Of a stretch of 64,000 nucleotides of DNA, positions 1-10,374 are shown piece after piece; within the stretch, counting starts at the first letter, position 1, and each line of letters begins with the position of its first letter. Source of the stretch: an uncultured Candidatus Saccharibacteria bacterium. Its GTDB lineage: Bacteria; Patescibacteriota; Saccharimonadia; Saccharimonadales; UBA4665. The position numbers and the translations under genes were made by a program. The notes under the pieces were generated by a model. That model was not told where the DNA came from, did no database searches, and saw nothing but the letters and a program-made list of their open reading frames with translations. The stretch lies in NCBI GenBank assembly GCA_964602145.1, contig CAZRPP010000001.1, forward strand, positions 2,043-66,042, written 5' to 3'.

Positions 1-1
1 G

Positions 2-97
2 CTAAAAAGCAGGGGCAAGCCCTTCGCTAAGGGCGATATTGATAGCTTGAGTGCTGTCTATATTCTAGAAGATTTTCTAAAAGGGCTACCAGCATGA
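2..97 (+). CDS. ruvX: C-terminal fragment of a YqgF/RuvX-like Holliday junction resolvase (5' end outside window)
   Basis: Frame open from the window edge: ...GDIDSLSAVYILEDFLKGLPA*. The stop overlaps the mltG start (ATGA). The tail is RuvX-like and ruvX-mltG is a common gene order. Confidence 0.45.
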   Translation, partial: LKSRGKPFAKGDIDSLSAVYILEDFLKGLPA

Positions 98-1107
98 AAC
101 GATGGCTCTTCGTAGGCATACCGTTTATCCTTCTTGTCATTGTTGGCATTGGCCTTCGGTTGGCCTACGTGCACAACTTAGGTCCAGTCAGCTCCGATAC
201 GCGCACTCAGCTTGTAACAATAGAGAAGGGAAGTGGCGTAAAAAAAATCGCTGCCCAGCTAGCGGAAGTTCAGTTGATTCGTAGCCCTAAGGTTTTTGAG
301 ATATATGTGCATGGCCGCGGCGACTCTGCTAAGCTACAGGCCGGTGTTTACGCTTTGTCGCCCAGCCAAAGCCTGAAAGAGATTGTGGATACCCTGAGCG
401 GCGGTCGTGTGGCAAGTAAGCTGGTAACAATTTTGCCGGGTCGTCGAATCGATCAGATTAGGGCTGATTTCATTAACGACGGCTACAGCGTAGAAGAAGT
501 GGACGCCGCCCTGCGGCCTGCGCAGTACAAAGATATGCCCATCATGCGGCTTGTGCCGGCGGACATAACATCTCTTGAAGGCCTGTTGTATCCCGATTCT
601 TTTAACAGGACTCCGGTAACGCCTGCCACCGACATCATCAAGCAGTCACTAACAGCCATGTATGAGCATCTTACGCCCTCTTTGCAGCAATCGCTAGCTA
701 GCCAGGGTCTTAATCCGTACCAGGGGGTAATTATGGCATCAATTGTCGAGCAAGAAGTGTCCAATCAAACAGATAGAGCGCAGACCGCACAAGTGTTTCT
801 GAGCCGTCTAAAGCAGGGCATGAGTCTTGGGTCTGATGTAACTGCCTTCTATGGTTCTGTGGCGGCTGGCCAATCGCCTTCCTTAAAGTATGATTCGCCG
901 TATAACACCCTACTGCATCCTGGCTTGCCGATTGGCCCAATCAGCTCTGTGAGCAACAGTTCGCTCCAGGCTGTAGCCAATCCCGCAAATACAAACTGGT
1001 TATTCTTTGTTGCGGGTGACGACGGCACGACCTATTTCTCCAAGACTTTAGCTGAGCACCAAGCCCTTACCAATGCTCATTGTCACAAGCTCTGCGCGGC
1101 CCAGTAG
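94..1107 (+). CDS. mltG: Endolytic murein transglycosylase MltG (YceG-like)
   Basis: N-terminal TM helix followed by a YceG-like domain (GVYALSPSQSLKEIVDTL, LLYPDSF, ASIVEQE, YNTLLHPGLPIGPI). Confidence 0.85.
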   Translation: MKRWLFVGIPFILLVIVGIGLRLAYVHNLGPVSSDTRTQLVTIEKGSGVKKIAAQLAEVQLIRSPKVFEIYVHGRGDSAKLQAGVYALSPSQSLKEIVDTLSGGRVASKLVTILPGRRIDQIRADFINDGYSVEEVDAALRPAQYKDMPIMRLVPADITSLEGLLYPDSFNRTPVTPATDIIKQSLTAMYEHLTPSLQQSLASQGLNPYQGVIMASIVEQEVSNQTDRAQTAQVFLSRLKQGMSLGSDVTAFYGSVAAGQSPSLKYDSPYNTLLHPGLPIGPISSVSNSSLQAVANPANTNWLFFVAGDDGTTYFSKTLAEHQALTNAHCHKLCAAQ

Positions 1108-1215
1108 TTGCCCTCTGGGTTGATTTTTGATATGATACAGAGGTAGAAATGTGGTTTTTGGCCCCATTTTTACTCGGTACGAACGGCAGGTGGATATGCC
1201 GCACCCGTCCAAATT

Positions 1216-2346
1216 ATGAATAGTCTACAATCTACAATTCAGAAGGCAGTTGCTCCATTAGAGCCGCTGCGCGCCAAAGCAAATAGCAACCAAAACGTAT
1301 GGTTTGGTGGGGCGCTGCGTGCTGTTAAGCTTGTTGTCGTTCCCGCAGTTATCATTGGCACAGCCACTGTTTTCCTACTACAAGGTTCTCCGAGTACTAA
1401 ATCAGCGGCACCGTTGGCTGCTGCTCGACAGAATCAGCGAAGTGTTGTTAATCCGTTAGACCAAGTCGCTTCTGCCGGTATCGCGCGTAGTGTTGCACAG
1501 ATTACTGCCTTGCCGGAAGCTACGGCCGTTAGCAACCAGGCAGACAGCGAGACCACCCAGCTGGCAATGTCTCCAGTTACCAGTAACGTGGTAGCCAAGC
1601 CTCAGATTCCCGCTAAGACCACGTCGTTTGCGTCAAACCGCGATATTATTACCTACACTGTGCAGGCAGGTGATGGCGTTACGTCTGTTGCTAGTAAGTA
1701 CGGTGTTACCTCAGATAGCATTCGCTGGTCTAACAACATTACCGGCGATGCTCTTACCGTTGGCAACCAGATTTTGGTTCCGCCAGTGACCGGCATTATC
1801 TACACTGTAAAAGCGGGTGACACAGTGGCAAGCATCGCTTCAACCTACCAAGCAGATCAGAATAAAATTATTGCCTTTAACGATGCCGAAATCAGCGGCA
1901 TAAAGGAAGGTCAGCGCATTCTTATACCTGATGGTACTAAAGCCGCCGCTGTTGTTGTTGCCGCTACTCGTCCAGTTGCTACTTCTGGTAGCTCGTGGGG
2001 TGCGAGTGCAAACTATTCAGTGGCTGGTGGTTACAACGGCTATGATTATGGTTACTGCACCTGGTGGGTAGCCAAGATGCGGGCTGCCGCTGGCAATCCA
2101 GTCCCAACCAACCTTGGCAATGCTGCCACCTGGGGTTACCGCGCCGCCGCCATGGGCATCCCAACGGGCTCCACACCGCAGGTTGGCGCTGCAGTGGTAC
2201 TGGGCACCTACGGCTGGGGTCACGTTGGCTATGTCACCGCCGTTAACGGTGATGGTACTATTACAATTTCTGAGATGAACCATTTGGGGTGGAATGTGCA
2301 AAACTACCGCACGCTCTCCGGCGCCGGCTACCAATATGTCTACTGA
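1216..2346 (+). CDS. Cell-wall hydrolase with 2x LysM and a C-terminal CHAP domain
   Basis: Two LysM repeats (YTVQAGDGVTSVASKYGV; YTVKAGDTVASIASTYQ). CHAP-like C-terminus (GYCTWWVA...GHVGYVTAV). One N-terminal TM helix. Confidence 0.8.
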   Translation: MNSLQSTIQKAVAPLEPLRAKANSNQNVWFGGALRAVKLVVVPAVIIGTATVFLLQGSPSTKSAAPLAAARQNQRSVVNPLDQVASAGIARSVAQITALPEATAVSNQADSETTQLAMSPVTSNVVAKPQIPAKTTSFASNRDIITYTVQAGDGVTSVASKYGVTSDSIRWSNNITGDALTVGNQILVPPVTGIIYTVKAGDTVASIASTYQADQNKIIAFNDAEISGIKEGQRILIPDGTKAAAVVVAATRPVATSGSSWGASANYSVAGGYNGYDYGYCTWWVAKMRAAAGNPVPTNLGNAATWGYRAAAMGIPTGSTPQVGAAVVLGTYGWGHVGYVTAVNGDGTITISEMNHLGWNVQNYRTLSGAGYQYVY

Positions 2347-2520
2347 TCGGCCATTTTGGAACGGTTTCTGCAGCTTTTTATATCCGGTACTCTCTCACCG
2401 TACCTTTAGTACGGCTCACTCCGTTCCTCTCTAAAAAACTACATAACTCCGCCCCAAAATGGCCTCTGTCTTTTTCATTGGATTCTAGAATCTAGCTTCT
2501 ATCGTCTATAATCTATAGAG

Positions 2521-3801
2521 ATGAGTTTTGTAGATCGAGTTACGGTAACGGTGCAGGCGGGCGATGGTGGCCACGGCAAGCTAGGCTGGCGCCATGAAAA
2601 GTTTGTCTCTAAAGGCGGCCCGGATGGCGGCGATGGCGGCCACGGTGGCAACGTCATTTTAGTAGCCAGCCGTAACCAGGACACCCTAGCGCGCTTCCGT
2701 TTTGAAAAAGAAGTAAAAGCCCAACCCGGTCAGTCCGGCGGCGATTCCAATAAGCATGGCCGCAGCGGCCAAGACCTATTAGTCCAAGTGCCGGTGGGCA
2801 CGGTTGCTACCGGCCCAGAGGGCATTTTGGCCGATTTAACAGAGGACGGCCAAGAAGCTTTAGTAGCCCGCGGCGGCCGTGGCGGCTATGGCAACGCCCA
2901 CTTTTTATCCAGTACTCGCCAAGCCCCCAACTTTGCAGAAAAGGGCGAGCCGGGCGAGCGCCGCGAACTCAAACTAGAGCTCAAAATGATCGCCGATGTC
3001 GGCCTGATTGGCCTGCCCAACGCCGGCAAATCAACACTACTTAGCCGCATTTCCAATGCTCGTCCAGAGATTGCCAACTATCCGTTTACCACGCTGGTGC
3101 CCAACCTAGGCATGGCGCCGGTAGACAAAGACACTGCACTGTTGGTGGCGGATATCCCGGGCCTTATAGAAGGTGCCGCCGATGGCAAAGGTTTGGGACA
3201 CGACTTCCTGCGCCACGTTGAGCGTACTGCCGTGCTGCTCCATCTTATAGACGCCTACAGCGATGACCCCACCGGCTCCTATCAAACCATCCGCAAAGAA
3301 CTTGCTGCTTACAGCCCAGAGCTAGCCGCCCGGCCAGAAATTATCGTCCTCAACAAAATCGACGGCCTAGACGATGAAATTATTGCAGACATCAGCGAAC
3401 AGCTGCAGAAAGTAGCAGAGAGTGATGCACCGGTCATGCCCATTTCTGGCGCCGCTGGCACCGGCATTAAGCCGCTGCTCTACGCCGCCGCAAAATTAGT
3501 CCATGAAGAGCGTGCCGCCGCGGCAGCCCAGGCAGAGGAAGAAGCCAATAAACTACCCGTTATTACGCTGCCAGATACAGCGGCTGCCTGGCGCGTGGAA
3601 CGGCTTGGCCCCAAGACCTTCATGGTCACCGGCCGCAAGATAGAAAAATTTGCCCAGCGCACAGAATTTACCAACGATGAAGCCGTCCAGCGCCTACGCG
3701 ACATCCTCCGTAAAATGGGCATTATGCATAAGTTGGAGCGCGACAGTATTGAGGCTGGCAACACCATCAAAATCGCCGGCGTGGGTAAGCTCAAATATTG
3801 A
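2521..3801 (+). CDS. obg: GTPase Obg/CgtA
   Basis: Glycine-rich Obg fold (GGDGGHGG), G1 GLPNAGKST, G3 DIPGLIEGA, G4 NKID, and an OCT-like C-terminal domain. Confidence 0.95.
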   Translation: MSFVDRVTVTVQAGDGGHGKLGWRHEKFVSKGGPDGGDGGHGGNVILVASRNQDTLARFRFEKEVKAQPGQSGGDSNKHGRSGQDLLVQVPVGTVATGPEGILADLTEDGQEALVARGGRGGYGNAHFLSSTRQAPNFAEKGEPGERRELKLELKMIADVGLIGLPNAGKSTLLSRISNARPEIANYPFTTLVPNLGMAPVDKDTALLVADIPGLIEGAADGKGLGHDFLRHVERTAVLLHLIDAYSDDPTGSYQTIRKELAAYSPELAARPEIIVLNKIDGLDDEIIADISEQLQKVAESDAPVMPISGAAGTGIKPLLYAAAKLVHEERAAAAAQAEEEANKLPVITLPDTAAAWRVERLGPKTFMVTGRKIEKFAQRTEFTNDEAVQRLRDILRKMGIMHKLERDSIEAGNTIKIAGVGKLKY

Positions 3802-3872
3802 CAATTCCATAGCAAAAGACTACTATTCAGCTAGTGCAGCAGCCTGCGCTTTTCCCAATTTATTGGGGCTCC

Positions 3873-3900
3873 CCCCCTCCATGCGAGGGGGTGTAATTTT
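3873..3900. terminator. Hairpin between convergent obg and the MazF-like gene
   Basis: CCCCCTC-catgc-GAGGGGG, a 7-bp GC stem at 3873-3891, followed by tgtaatttt. Confidence 0.5.
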
Positions 3901-4291
3901 ATGAGAGCAATGTTTTGTTCAACCTTCTCTTGAGAGATTCAAATTGAAGATCAGATAATTTTCCAAGTTTTCTCTGCAGGCGCAATAGGTCAAGCGTTCG
4001 TATCTGATGGAGCATGGCATAACTGTCTCGTTTGTTGATAGTGCAGCGCATGTAGTATGTTCCCCTGTGCGGTATGCTCGTGAGGGGCACTGCCAGAAAA
4101 AGTTCCTTACTAAACACTCTAATGACAATTACCGGCCTGTAATAACCAACGTTTTTTCCGTCTTCTTCAAAGCCGATGTTGCTCCCCAGACATACCCACC
4201 AAACGTCTCCAACGTTACAACCAGTTGGTCGAATGCCATGGTTATGTAAATAGGCTTTGCGCTTTGTCCACGCAGTATAGTCTTTCATCAT
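3899..4291 (-). CDS. PemK/MazF-family toxin-like protein (solo)
   Basis: GDVWWVCLGSNIGFEEDGK...RPVIVIRV...AVPLTS...IRTLDLLRL matches the MazF/PemK SH3-like barrel pattern. Lower GC than neighbours. No adjacent small ORF. Confidence 0.6.
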   Translation of the reverse strand: MMKDYTAWTKRKAYLHNHGIRPTGCNVGDVWWVCLGSNIGFEEDGKNVGYYRPVIVIRVFSKELFLAVPLTSIPHRGTYYMRCTINKRDSYAMLHQIRTLDLLRLQRKLGKLSDLQFESLKRRLNKTLLS

Positions 4292-4382
4292 GCGCTAGCG
4301 TAGCACAAACCGGAAAATAAGTTATTAAATAATTATTAACTTTTATTTGCAAACAGGGGCGGTAAAAGTTACAATAAAGGGC

Positions 4383-5810
4383 ATGGCAGAGGGTAGCTTC
4401 TTTTTTTACGATCTTGAAACGTCTGGTATCCGGCCAGCCAATGCGCGCATTATGCAATTTGCGGGCCAGCGCACGAACATGAATCTGGAGCCCATCGGGG
4501 AGCCGGTCAATCTGTTGATTAAACTGGCACCAGATGTTTTGCCAGAGCCCGAAGCCATTCTGCTCACCGGTATTACGCCGCAGCAAACCCTGCAAGATGG
4601 CCTGACGGAATCGGAATTTTTGCAAGAATTTTATGACCAAGTCGTGCAGCCCGGCACCATTTTCATGGGCTTTAACAGTATCCGCTTTGACGATGAGTTT
4701 ATGCGCTACCTGCACTACCGCAATTTCTATGATCCGTATGAGTGGCAGTGGCAAAATGGCTGTTCCCGCTGGGATCTGCTAGACGTTGTGCGCATGACGC
4801 GCGCCCTCCGGCCAGACGGCATTGAGTGGCCATTTACCTCAGACGGCAAGCCGGCTAACAGATTAGAAATGCTCACCAAAGCCAACGGCCTGCTGCACGA
4901 TGCGGCGCACGATGCGCTGAGCGATGTACACGCCACTATCGCCGTGGCCAAACTTATTAAGGACAAGCAGCCAGACCTCTTTAACTATTTGCAAAATAAT
5001 CGGAACAAACAGGCCGTGGCCAAGCTGGTTAATGCCGGCCAACCATTTATCTATACCAGCGGCCGCTATCCCTCTGCTACGGGGCACACCACAGCTGTGG
5101 TTAAGCTGGTGGATCATCCGCAAAAAGATTCGGCACTGGTGTACGATTTGCGGCACGATCCCACGCCATTTTTACAGATGTCGCCCGCAGAACTAGCCGA
5201 TGCCTGGCGGTATAAAAAAGACCGCACGGCGGAAGATGTGTCGTTGCCCGTTAAGGTTATTAAATTTAATCGCTGTCCTACCGTGGCGCCGCTGGGCGTA
5301 CTGAAAGGAGCAGAGGAGCGCCTGCAGCTGAGCGTAGCGCAAATTGAGCAAAACCTGAAACTGCTTAAGGCTGGCCAAGCGGCCCTGACCACAAATATTC
5401 TCAAAGCCATAGAAATTTTAGATGCAGAACGTGGTGCCGCGCCGCAAGACGTTGATCAGCAATTATATGATGGTTTTCTGTCCGATACGGACAAGCTAGC
5501 CAGCCGAGCCGTGCGCGCCGCGGAAGCTAAAGACCTGCCGCAATTTACGGACAAACTCCATGATCAGCGATTGCAAAAACTATTGCCGCGCTATCAAGCC
5601 CGCAACTACCCGGCCAGCCTCAGCGGCGAGCAGCGGGAAGTGTGGGAAAACCACATTAAAGAAACACTCCTGGGCGGCGGCCCAAACAGCCGTTTGGCAC
5701 AGTACTTTGCCAAATTGCAAAAACTGGCCAGTCAGAATCTGACCAGCCAGCAAGAGTACATTCTAACAGAGCTGCAATTGTATGGAGAGTCGATTACGCC
5801 AGAGTTATAG
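4383..5810 (+). CDS. sbcB: Exodeoxyribonuclease I
   Basis: DnaQ-like exo motifs (FFFYDLETSG, FNSIRFDDEF, HDALSDV) plus an SbcB C-terminal domain. ATG at 4383 preferred over TTG at 4347. Confidence 0.9.
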   Translation: MAEGSFFFYDLETSGIRPANARIMQFAGQRTNMNLEPIGEPVNLLIKLAPDVLPEPEAILLTGITPQQTLQDGLTESEFLQEFYDQVVQPGTIFMGFNSIRFDDEFMRYLHYRNFYDPYEWQWQNGCSRWDLLDVVRMTRALRPDGIEWPFTSDGKPANRLEMLTKANGLLHDAAHDALSDVHATIAVAKLIKDKQPDLFNYLQNNRNKQAVAKLVNAGQPFIYTSGRYPSATGHTTAVVKLVDHPQKDSALVYDLRHDPTPFLQMSPAELADAWRYKKDRTAEDVSLPVKVIKFNRCPTVAPLGVLKGAEERLQLSVAQIEQNLKLLKAGQAALTTNILKAIEILDAERGAAPQDVDQQLYDGFLSDTDKLASRAVRAAEAKDLPQFTDKLHDQRLQKLLPRYQARNYPASLSGEQREVWENHIKETLLGGGPNSRLAQYFAKLQKLASQNLTSQQEYILTELQLYGESITPEL

Positions 5811-6026
5811 CGCACGTTCCAGCATGTGCTGGAGGTCGTTTTGAGTCTGGATAGGAGCGAGCGTGCGGTGCTCGTGACGACGATGTGCAGAAACGTATAG
5901 CGTGACAGCAATTAATAGTGCCATCAGCTGGAGCCACATCGTAAAATCAATCACTAAATTTGTGCCCGGAATCTGCCCTAAAACCATAATATCGTACACC
6001 GCTTTTTCTCCCTTTGTGAGCGGCAT
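5805..6026 (-). CDS. Small membrane protein, unknown function
   Basis: 73-aa ORF with one clear TM helix (FTMWLQLMALLIAVTLYV). Converges on sbcB with a 6-nt overlap. Confidence 0.35.
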   Translation of the reverse strand: MPLTKGEKAVYDIMVLGQIPGTNLVIDFTMWLQLMALLIAVTLYVSAHRRHEHRTLAPIQTQNDLQHMLERAL

Positions 6027-6138
6027 TATACGCTAAGATAGCATGTTTGTCAAGACTATGATATATTATTCTAATGCTTATAGCTCTTGTGATTACCGTA
6101 AAATCGTTCTACCATGAGAGCAAGGAGTCAAAATAAAG

Positions 6139-6786
6139 ATGTCTCATCCAACTGTCGCTGCATACGAACTCAAGGCAGTGAATGTTGCGCGGACACTGGA
6201 GATAAAGCAAAAAGCGGTGCCCGGATTTCTGGCGGCCCTGGGGAGGAATGTTCGTGGCGGTGTTGTTGTGCGTTCAATTGGCAGTACTCATGTAACATTC
6301 CTGGAATCGAGAGGGGTCAATAATTTCTTTAAACGCTATGGCTATAAAACGTCTGACGTAGATCGCTTTGCGCATGATATGGAGCATTTTCTGACACGCA
6401 AACATGGCGATAAAAACCAGTTAAAGATTCCGGTTGAACGGCATGAGCCACTCAGGTGGATTACCAAAAATCAGCTGGCACTCAATTTGGTCGAGACCGA
6501 CCAACTACTAGATGAAAGAGCGGATATTGAGCAATATGTGAGGGGGCGGTTTGGCGTGCTTCCAGAACTGACGCCCTTTAATCCACATGTTACGATTGGC
6601 GAGGTTAAGCAGCGGTCCTTAGCTCACCCTGATTTTCTACAAGATCCCAGCAGTTTTGTCACTGGAAGAATGCGGCCCGATGTCGTCGTTCTAAACGGTC
6701 TATCTGTGTATGTGGGTGGTATACACACTGATAGGCAAAGCGACAGGCGGCCAACATTGCCACCGCCGCAACCAGAAATCGACTAG
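6139..6786 (+). CDS. Putative 2H phosphoesterase superfamily protein (LigT-like)
   Basis: Two H-x-T motifs at the expected spacing (STHVTF ... NPHVTIGE). Confidence 0.45.
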   Translation: MSHPTVAAYELKAVNVARTLEIKQKAVPGFLAALGRNVRGGVVVRSIGSTHVTFLESRGVNNFFKRYGYKTSDVDRFAHDMEHFLTRKHGDKNQLKIPVERHEPLRWITKNQLALNLVETDQLLDERADIEQYVRGRFGVLPELTPFNPHVTIGEVKQRSLAHPDFLQDPSSFVTGRMRPDVVVLNGLSVYVGGIHTDRQSDRRPTLPPPQPEID

Positions 6787-6836
6787 AAAAAAACGCCAAA
6801 ATCCGCTATACTGACCTGACGCAAGTAAGGGGAATT

Positions 6837-9650
6837 ATGGCCGACGCAATCGTGGTTAAAGGTGCCCGCGAGCACAATCTGAAGAATATCGATGTATCTA
6901 TTCCACGCGATAAGCTGGTGGTGGTTACCGGTTTGTCTGGCTCCGGCAAATCAAGCCTGGCTTTTGACACCATTTACGCAGAAGGGCAGCGCCGCTACGT
7001 GGAGAGCTTGTCTAGCTACGCACGCCAGTTCCTAGGTCTTATGGAAAAGCCAGATGTAGACCAGATAGACGGCCTGAGCCCGGCTATTAGCATCGATCAA
7101 AAATCCACCTCCCGCAACCCGCGCTCCACTGTGGCTACGGTTACGGAAATTTATGATTATCTGCGTCTTTTGTACGCCCGGATTGGTATCCCGCACTGCC
7201 CCGTAGATGGTACGCCCGTAACGCGTCAAACCAGCACCGGCATTGTGGATCAAATTGTGGCCTCTACGAATGGTCAACGCATTATGGTTCTGGCGCCCGT
7301 GGTTATAGATAAAAAGGGCGCTTTTGAACACATTCCAGAAATGTACCAGCGGGCCGGTTTTGCCCGCGTACGCGTGGATAGCGTGGTCTATGCTTTAGAT
7401 GAATTCCCGGAACTAGACAAGGCGAAGCGCCACCGCATAGAAGTGGTGGTAGACCGTTTGGTCAACGATGAAGCCAGCCGCGGCCGCCTGGTCCAGTCCG
7501 TAGAGCAAGCCCTAGAAGTGGCCGAAGGCCGGGTGGTTGTTTTAGATGCAGATAAGGACGAAACGGTGAGCTACAGCCTCATGTACGCCTGTCCACAGCA
7601 CCCAGAAATCACCATTCCAGAGCTAGAGCCCCGAACGTTCTCATTCAACTCGCCGCAGGGAGCCTGCTCTGTTTGCACCGGCCTGGGTAACAGGTTAGAA
7701 GTGGACCCAGAGCTGGTTATTCCAAATGGCCGACTGACGATTGCGGAAGGTGCCATAAGGCCATATAACCGAGTTAATGTAGACAACTGGTACATGAAAA
7801 AAATTCAGGCCGTGGCAGACAAGTATAACTTTAGTTTGCACGTGCCAACCGGCCAGCTCACGCAAGATCAGCTTGAAAAACTACTGTATGGTACTGGTAA
7901 TGAAACGTACCGGATTAAACTCACGGCTGGTCGTCATTTTGACACCACCTACGAAGGTGTTATTCCTAATCTAGAGCGCCGCCACAAAGAGACGGAAAGC
8001 GATTTTATCCGGCGTGATATTGAGCGCTTTATGCAAGAAAAACCCTGTCACGCCTGTGGTGGCCTGCGCCTCAAGCCAGAGGTTTTGGCTATATCAGTGC
8101 AGGGCGCGTCAATCATGGACGTTTGCCAATTAGATATAGACAGTGCGCTGGACTGGTTCCATTCATTAAAACTTAATGAAAAAGAAGCCACCATTGCGCA
8201 GATGATCTTAAAAGAAATTGGTGCTCGTTTGCAGTTTCTGCAAGACGTGGGGCTTAACTATCTGAATCTCCTGCGCGCCGCCAATACTTTAAGTGGTGGG
8301 GAAGCGCAGCGTATCCGTTTAGCTACTCAAATTGGCTCTGGTCTGATGGGCGTTTTATACGTGCTGGATGAGCCAAGCATTGGTTTGCACCAGCGTGATA
8401 ACGGCCGACTTCTGAATACCCTGCAGCACCTGCGCAACTTAGGTAACACCGTTCTGGTGGTGGAACACGATGAAGACACTATCCGCGCCGCCGACTACCT
8501 GCTAGATATTGGCCCCGGCGCCGGTATCCACGGTGGCCACGTGGTGGCTGCGGGCATGCCCGCAGAAGTCATGAAGGTCAAAGACAGCCTGACTGCTCAG
8601 TACCTGAAAGGCACCAAAACTATTGCCGTGCCATCCAAGCGGCGCAAAGGTAATGGCAAAAAACTGAGCATTGTGGGCGCTAAAGAAAACAACCTGCGTA
8701 ATGTCACCGTTGATATTCCCCTGGGAGAATTAGTGGTTGTTTCTGGCGTGTCCGGATCTGGCAAATCATCGCTCATTAACGACATTTTGGCAAAAGAATT
8801 ACAGGCTCGCTTGCACCGCGCCAGCACCGTGCCCGGTAAGCACGAAAGCATTGAGGGCATCAAAGAACTAGACAAGGCTATTATTATCGATCAGTCCCCA
8901 ATTGGCCGCACACCGCGCTCCAACCCCGCCACGTACACCGGTTTATTTGGCCCCATCCGTGAGCTGTTTGCCAGTCTACCAGATGCTAAACTGCGCGGTT
9001 ACACGCCCGGACGCTTCAGCTTTAACGTTAAAGGCGGCCGCTGCGAAAACTGCGCCGGCGATGGCATTATTAAGATAGAAATGCACTTTCTGCCGGACGT
9101 TTATGTCCCGTGCGAGGTCTGTCACGGCAAGCGCTACAACCGCGAAGCACTAGAAATCCATTACAAAGGCAAAACCATCGCCGACATTTTGGCCATGACC
9201 TGCGAGCAAGCGCTAGACTTCTTCAAAAATCAACCGGCCATTGCTCGTAAACTGCAAACTTTGGTAGACGTGGGCTTGGGCTACATTAGCTTGGGTCAAT
9301 CCGCAACCACGCTGTCTGGCGGCGAGGCGCAGCGCATTAAACTCAGCACAGAGTTAAGTCGCCGGCCCACCGGCCGCACCCTCTACATTTTGGATGAACC
9401 CACCACCGGTCTACACATGGCCGACGTGGACAAACTGCTGGGCATGCTACACGCCCTGGTAGATGCTGGCAACAGCATGGTAGTGATTGAACACAACCTG
9501 GATGTCATAAAAAATGCCGACTGGCTGATAGACATGGGACCCGAGGGCGGCGCTGGTGGCGGTATGGTGGTGGCAGAAGGCACGCCAGAGCAAGTAGCCA
9601 AGAACGACAAGAGCTACACTGGGCAATACCTGAAAAAGCTACTTCTTTAG
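6837..9650 (+). CDS. uvrA: Excinuclease ABC subunit A
   Basis: 937 aa, two ABC modules ([18 protein letters not shown], 2x LSGGE), zinc-finger Cys pairs. Confidence 0.97.
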   Translation: MADAIVVKGAREHNLKNIDVSIPRDKLVVVTGLSGSGKSSLAFDTIYAEGQRRYVESLSSYARQFLGLMEKPDVDQIDGLSPAISIDQKSTSRNPRSTVATVTEIYDYLRLLYARIGIPHCPVDGTPVTRQTSTGIVDQIVASTNGQRIMVLAPVVIDKKGAFEHIPEMYQRAGFARVRVDSVVYALDEFPELDKAKRHRIEVVVDRLVNDEASRGRLVQSVEQALEVAEGRVVVLDADKDETVSYSLMYACPQHPEITIPELEPRTFSFNSPQGACSVCTGLGNRLEVDPELVIPNGRLTIAEGAIRPYNRVNVDNWYMKKIQAVADKYNFSLHVPTGQLTQDQLEKLLYGTGNETYRIKLTAGRHFDTTYEGVIPNLERRHKETESDFIRRDIERFMQEKPCHACGGLRLKPEVLAISVQGASIMDVCQLDIDSALDWFHSLKLNEKEATIAQMILKEIGARLQFLQDVGLNYLNLLRAANTLSGGEAQRIRLATQIGSGLMGVLYVLDEPSIGLHQRDNGRLLNTLQHLRNLGNTVLVVEHDEDTIRAADYLLDIGPGAGIHGGHVVAAGMPAEVMKVKDSLTAQYLKGTKTIAVPSKRRKGNGKKLSIVGAKENNLRNVTVDIPLGELVVVSGVSGSGKSSLINDILAKELQARLHRASTVPGKHESIEGIKELDKAIIIDQSPIGRTPRSNPATYTGLFGPIRELFASLPDAKLRGYTPGRFSFNVKGGRCENCAGDGIIKIEMHFLPDVYVPCEVCHGKRYNREALEIHYKGKTIADILAMTCEQALDFFKNQPAIARKLQTLVDVGLGYISLGQSATTLSGGEAQRIKLSTELSRRPTGRTLYILDEPTTGLHMADVDKLLGMLHALVDAGNSMVVIEHNLDVIKNADWLIDMGPEGGAGGGMVVAEGTPEQVAKNDKSYTGQYLKKLLL

Positions 9651-10277
9651 GACAGAAATAATGCGGTTAAAGCGGGCATTTAATCGGGCGCGAATCTTAG
9701 GGTCTTTTAGGGCGTGGTAGATAGTAGGCAGTAGCGTAGCAAGGATGATTATTAGGAGAATCGGCTCGACATATTTCTGGACTCCTGGAATGCGTGATCC
9801 AACAAAGTAGCCCAGTAGGATGATGCTGGCGGCCCAGACCGTATCGCCAATCGCGTCAAAAACAACGAATTGTTTGTAGTCCATTTTGCCGGCCCCAGCT
9901 GCAACTGGTACAAAGGAGCGCACAACAGGTATAAAATGCGCAATTAGCATGGTTTTTGTGCCGTATTTTTCGTAGAATTTTTCTGCCTTTAGAATTAAAT
10001 CTTTGCGGAAGATAATACCGTCTTCTTTGCGGAATAAACGAGGGCCGAGCTTGCGGCCAATGTGGTAGCCGGTGTTGTCGCCAGCTATCGCGGACAAAGC
10101 AATAACGGCGATGGTTGCCACAATCGGCAAGTGACCAGCTGCGGCTAGGATACCGGCGCTGAATAGCAAGGTATCGCCCGGCAGGAAGAAGCCCACCATC
10201 ATGCCTGATTCTAGGAAAATAATAATTGCAATTAGCAGCAAACCACCAGACTGGACAATATGGGCAACATCAAACAT
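9639..10277 (-). CDS. DedA family membrane protein
   Basis: Typical DedA pattern ([22 protein letters not shown]...GYHIGRKLG...FIPVVRSF). Confidence 0.85.
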   Translation of the reverse strand: MFDVAHIVQSGGLLLIAIIIFLESGMMVGFFLPGDTLLFSAGILAAAGHLPIVATIAVIALSAIAGDNTGYHIGRKLGPRLFRKEDGIIFRKDLILKAEKFYEKYGTKTMLIAHFIPVVRSFVPVAAGAGKMDYKQFVVFDAIGDTVWAASIILLGYFVGSRIPGVQKYVEPILLIIILATLLPTIYHALKDPKIRARLNARFNRIISVLKK

Positions 10278-10374
10278 ACCACCCTAGTATAGCAACCTTC
10301 GGCAAAAAAGCAGATTATATTCCCAACCAGCGACGTAATCTGTTATAATAGCCTCAAACAAGGAGATATTTTTC

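Noticed and set aside
2481-2492. Perfect 12-nt palindrome GATTCTAGAATC over the -35 position of the obg promoter, plus other TTCTAGAA octamers at 63-70 and 46685-92, as a possible operator motif
   Set aside because: Three copies of an 8-nt palindrome in 64 kb is only slightly above the chance expectation of about one. The three contexts differ (coding end, promoter, tRNA spacer). This is not enough to call a regulon.
4242-4754. 170-aa ORF antisense to sbcB. The same applies to other long antisense ORFs: 32929-33513, 44177-44725, 60090-60551, 62216-62692, 30254-30691, 55582-56046, 53229-53609.
   Set aside because: Each lies entirely within a gene whose product has unmistakable family motifs on the other strand. 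None shows a recognisable domain or expression signal.
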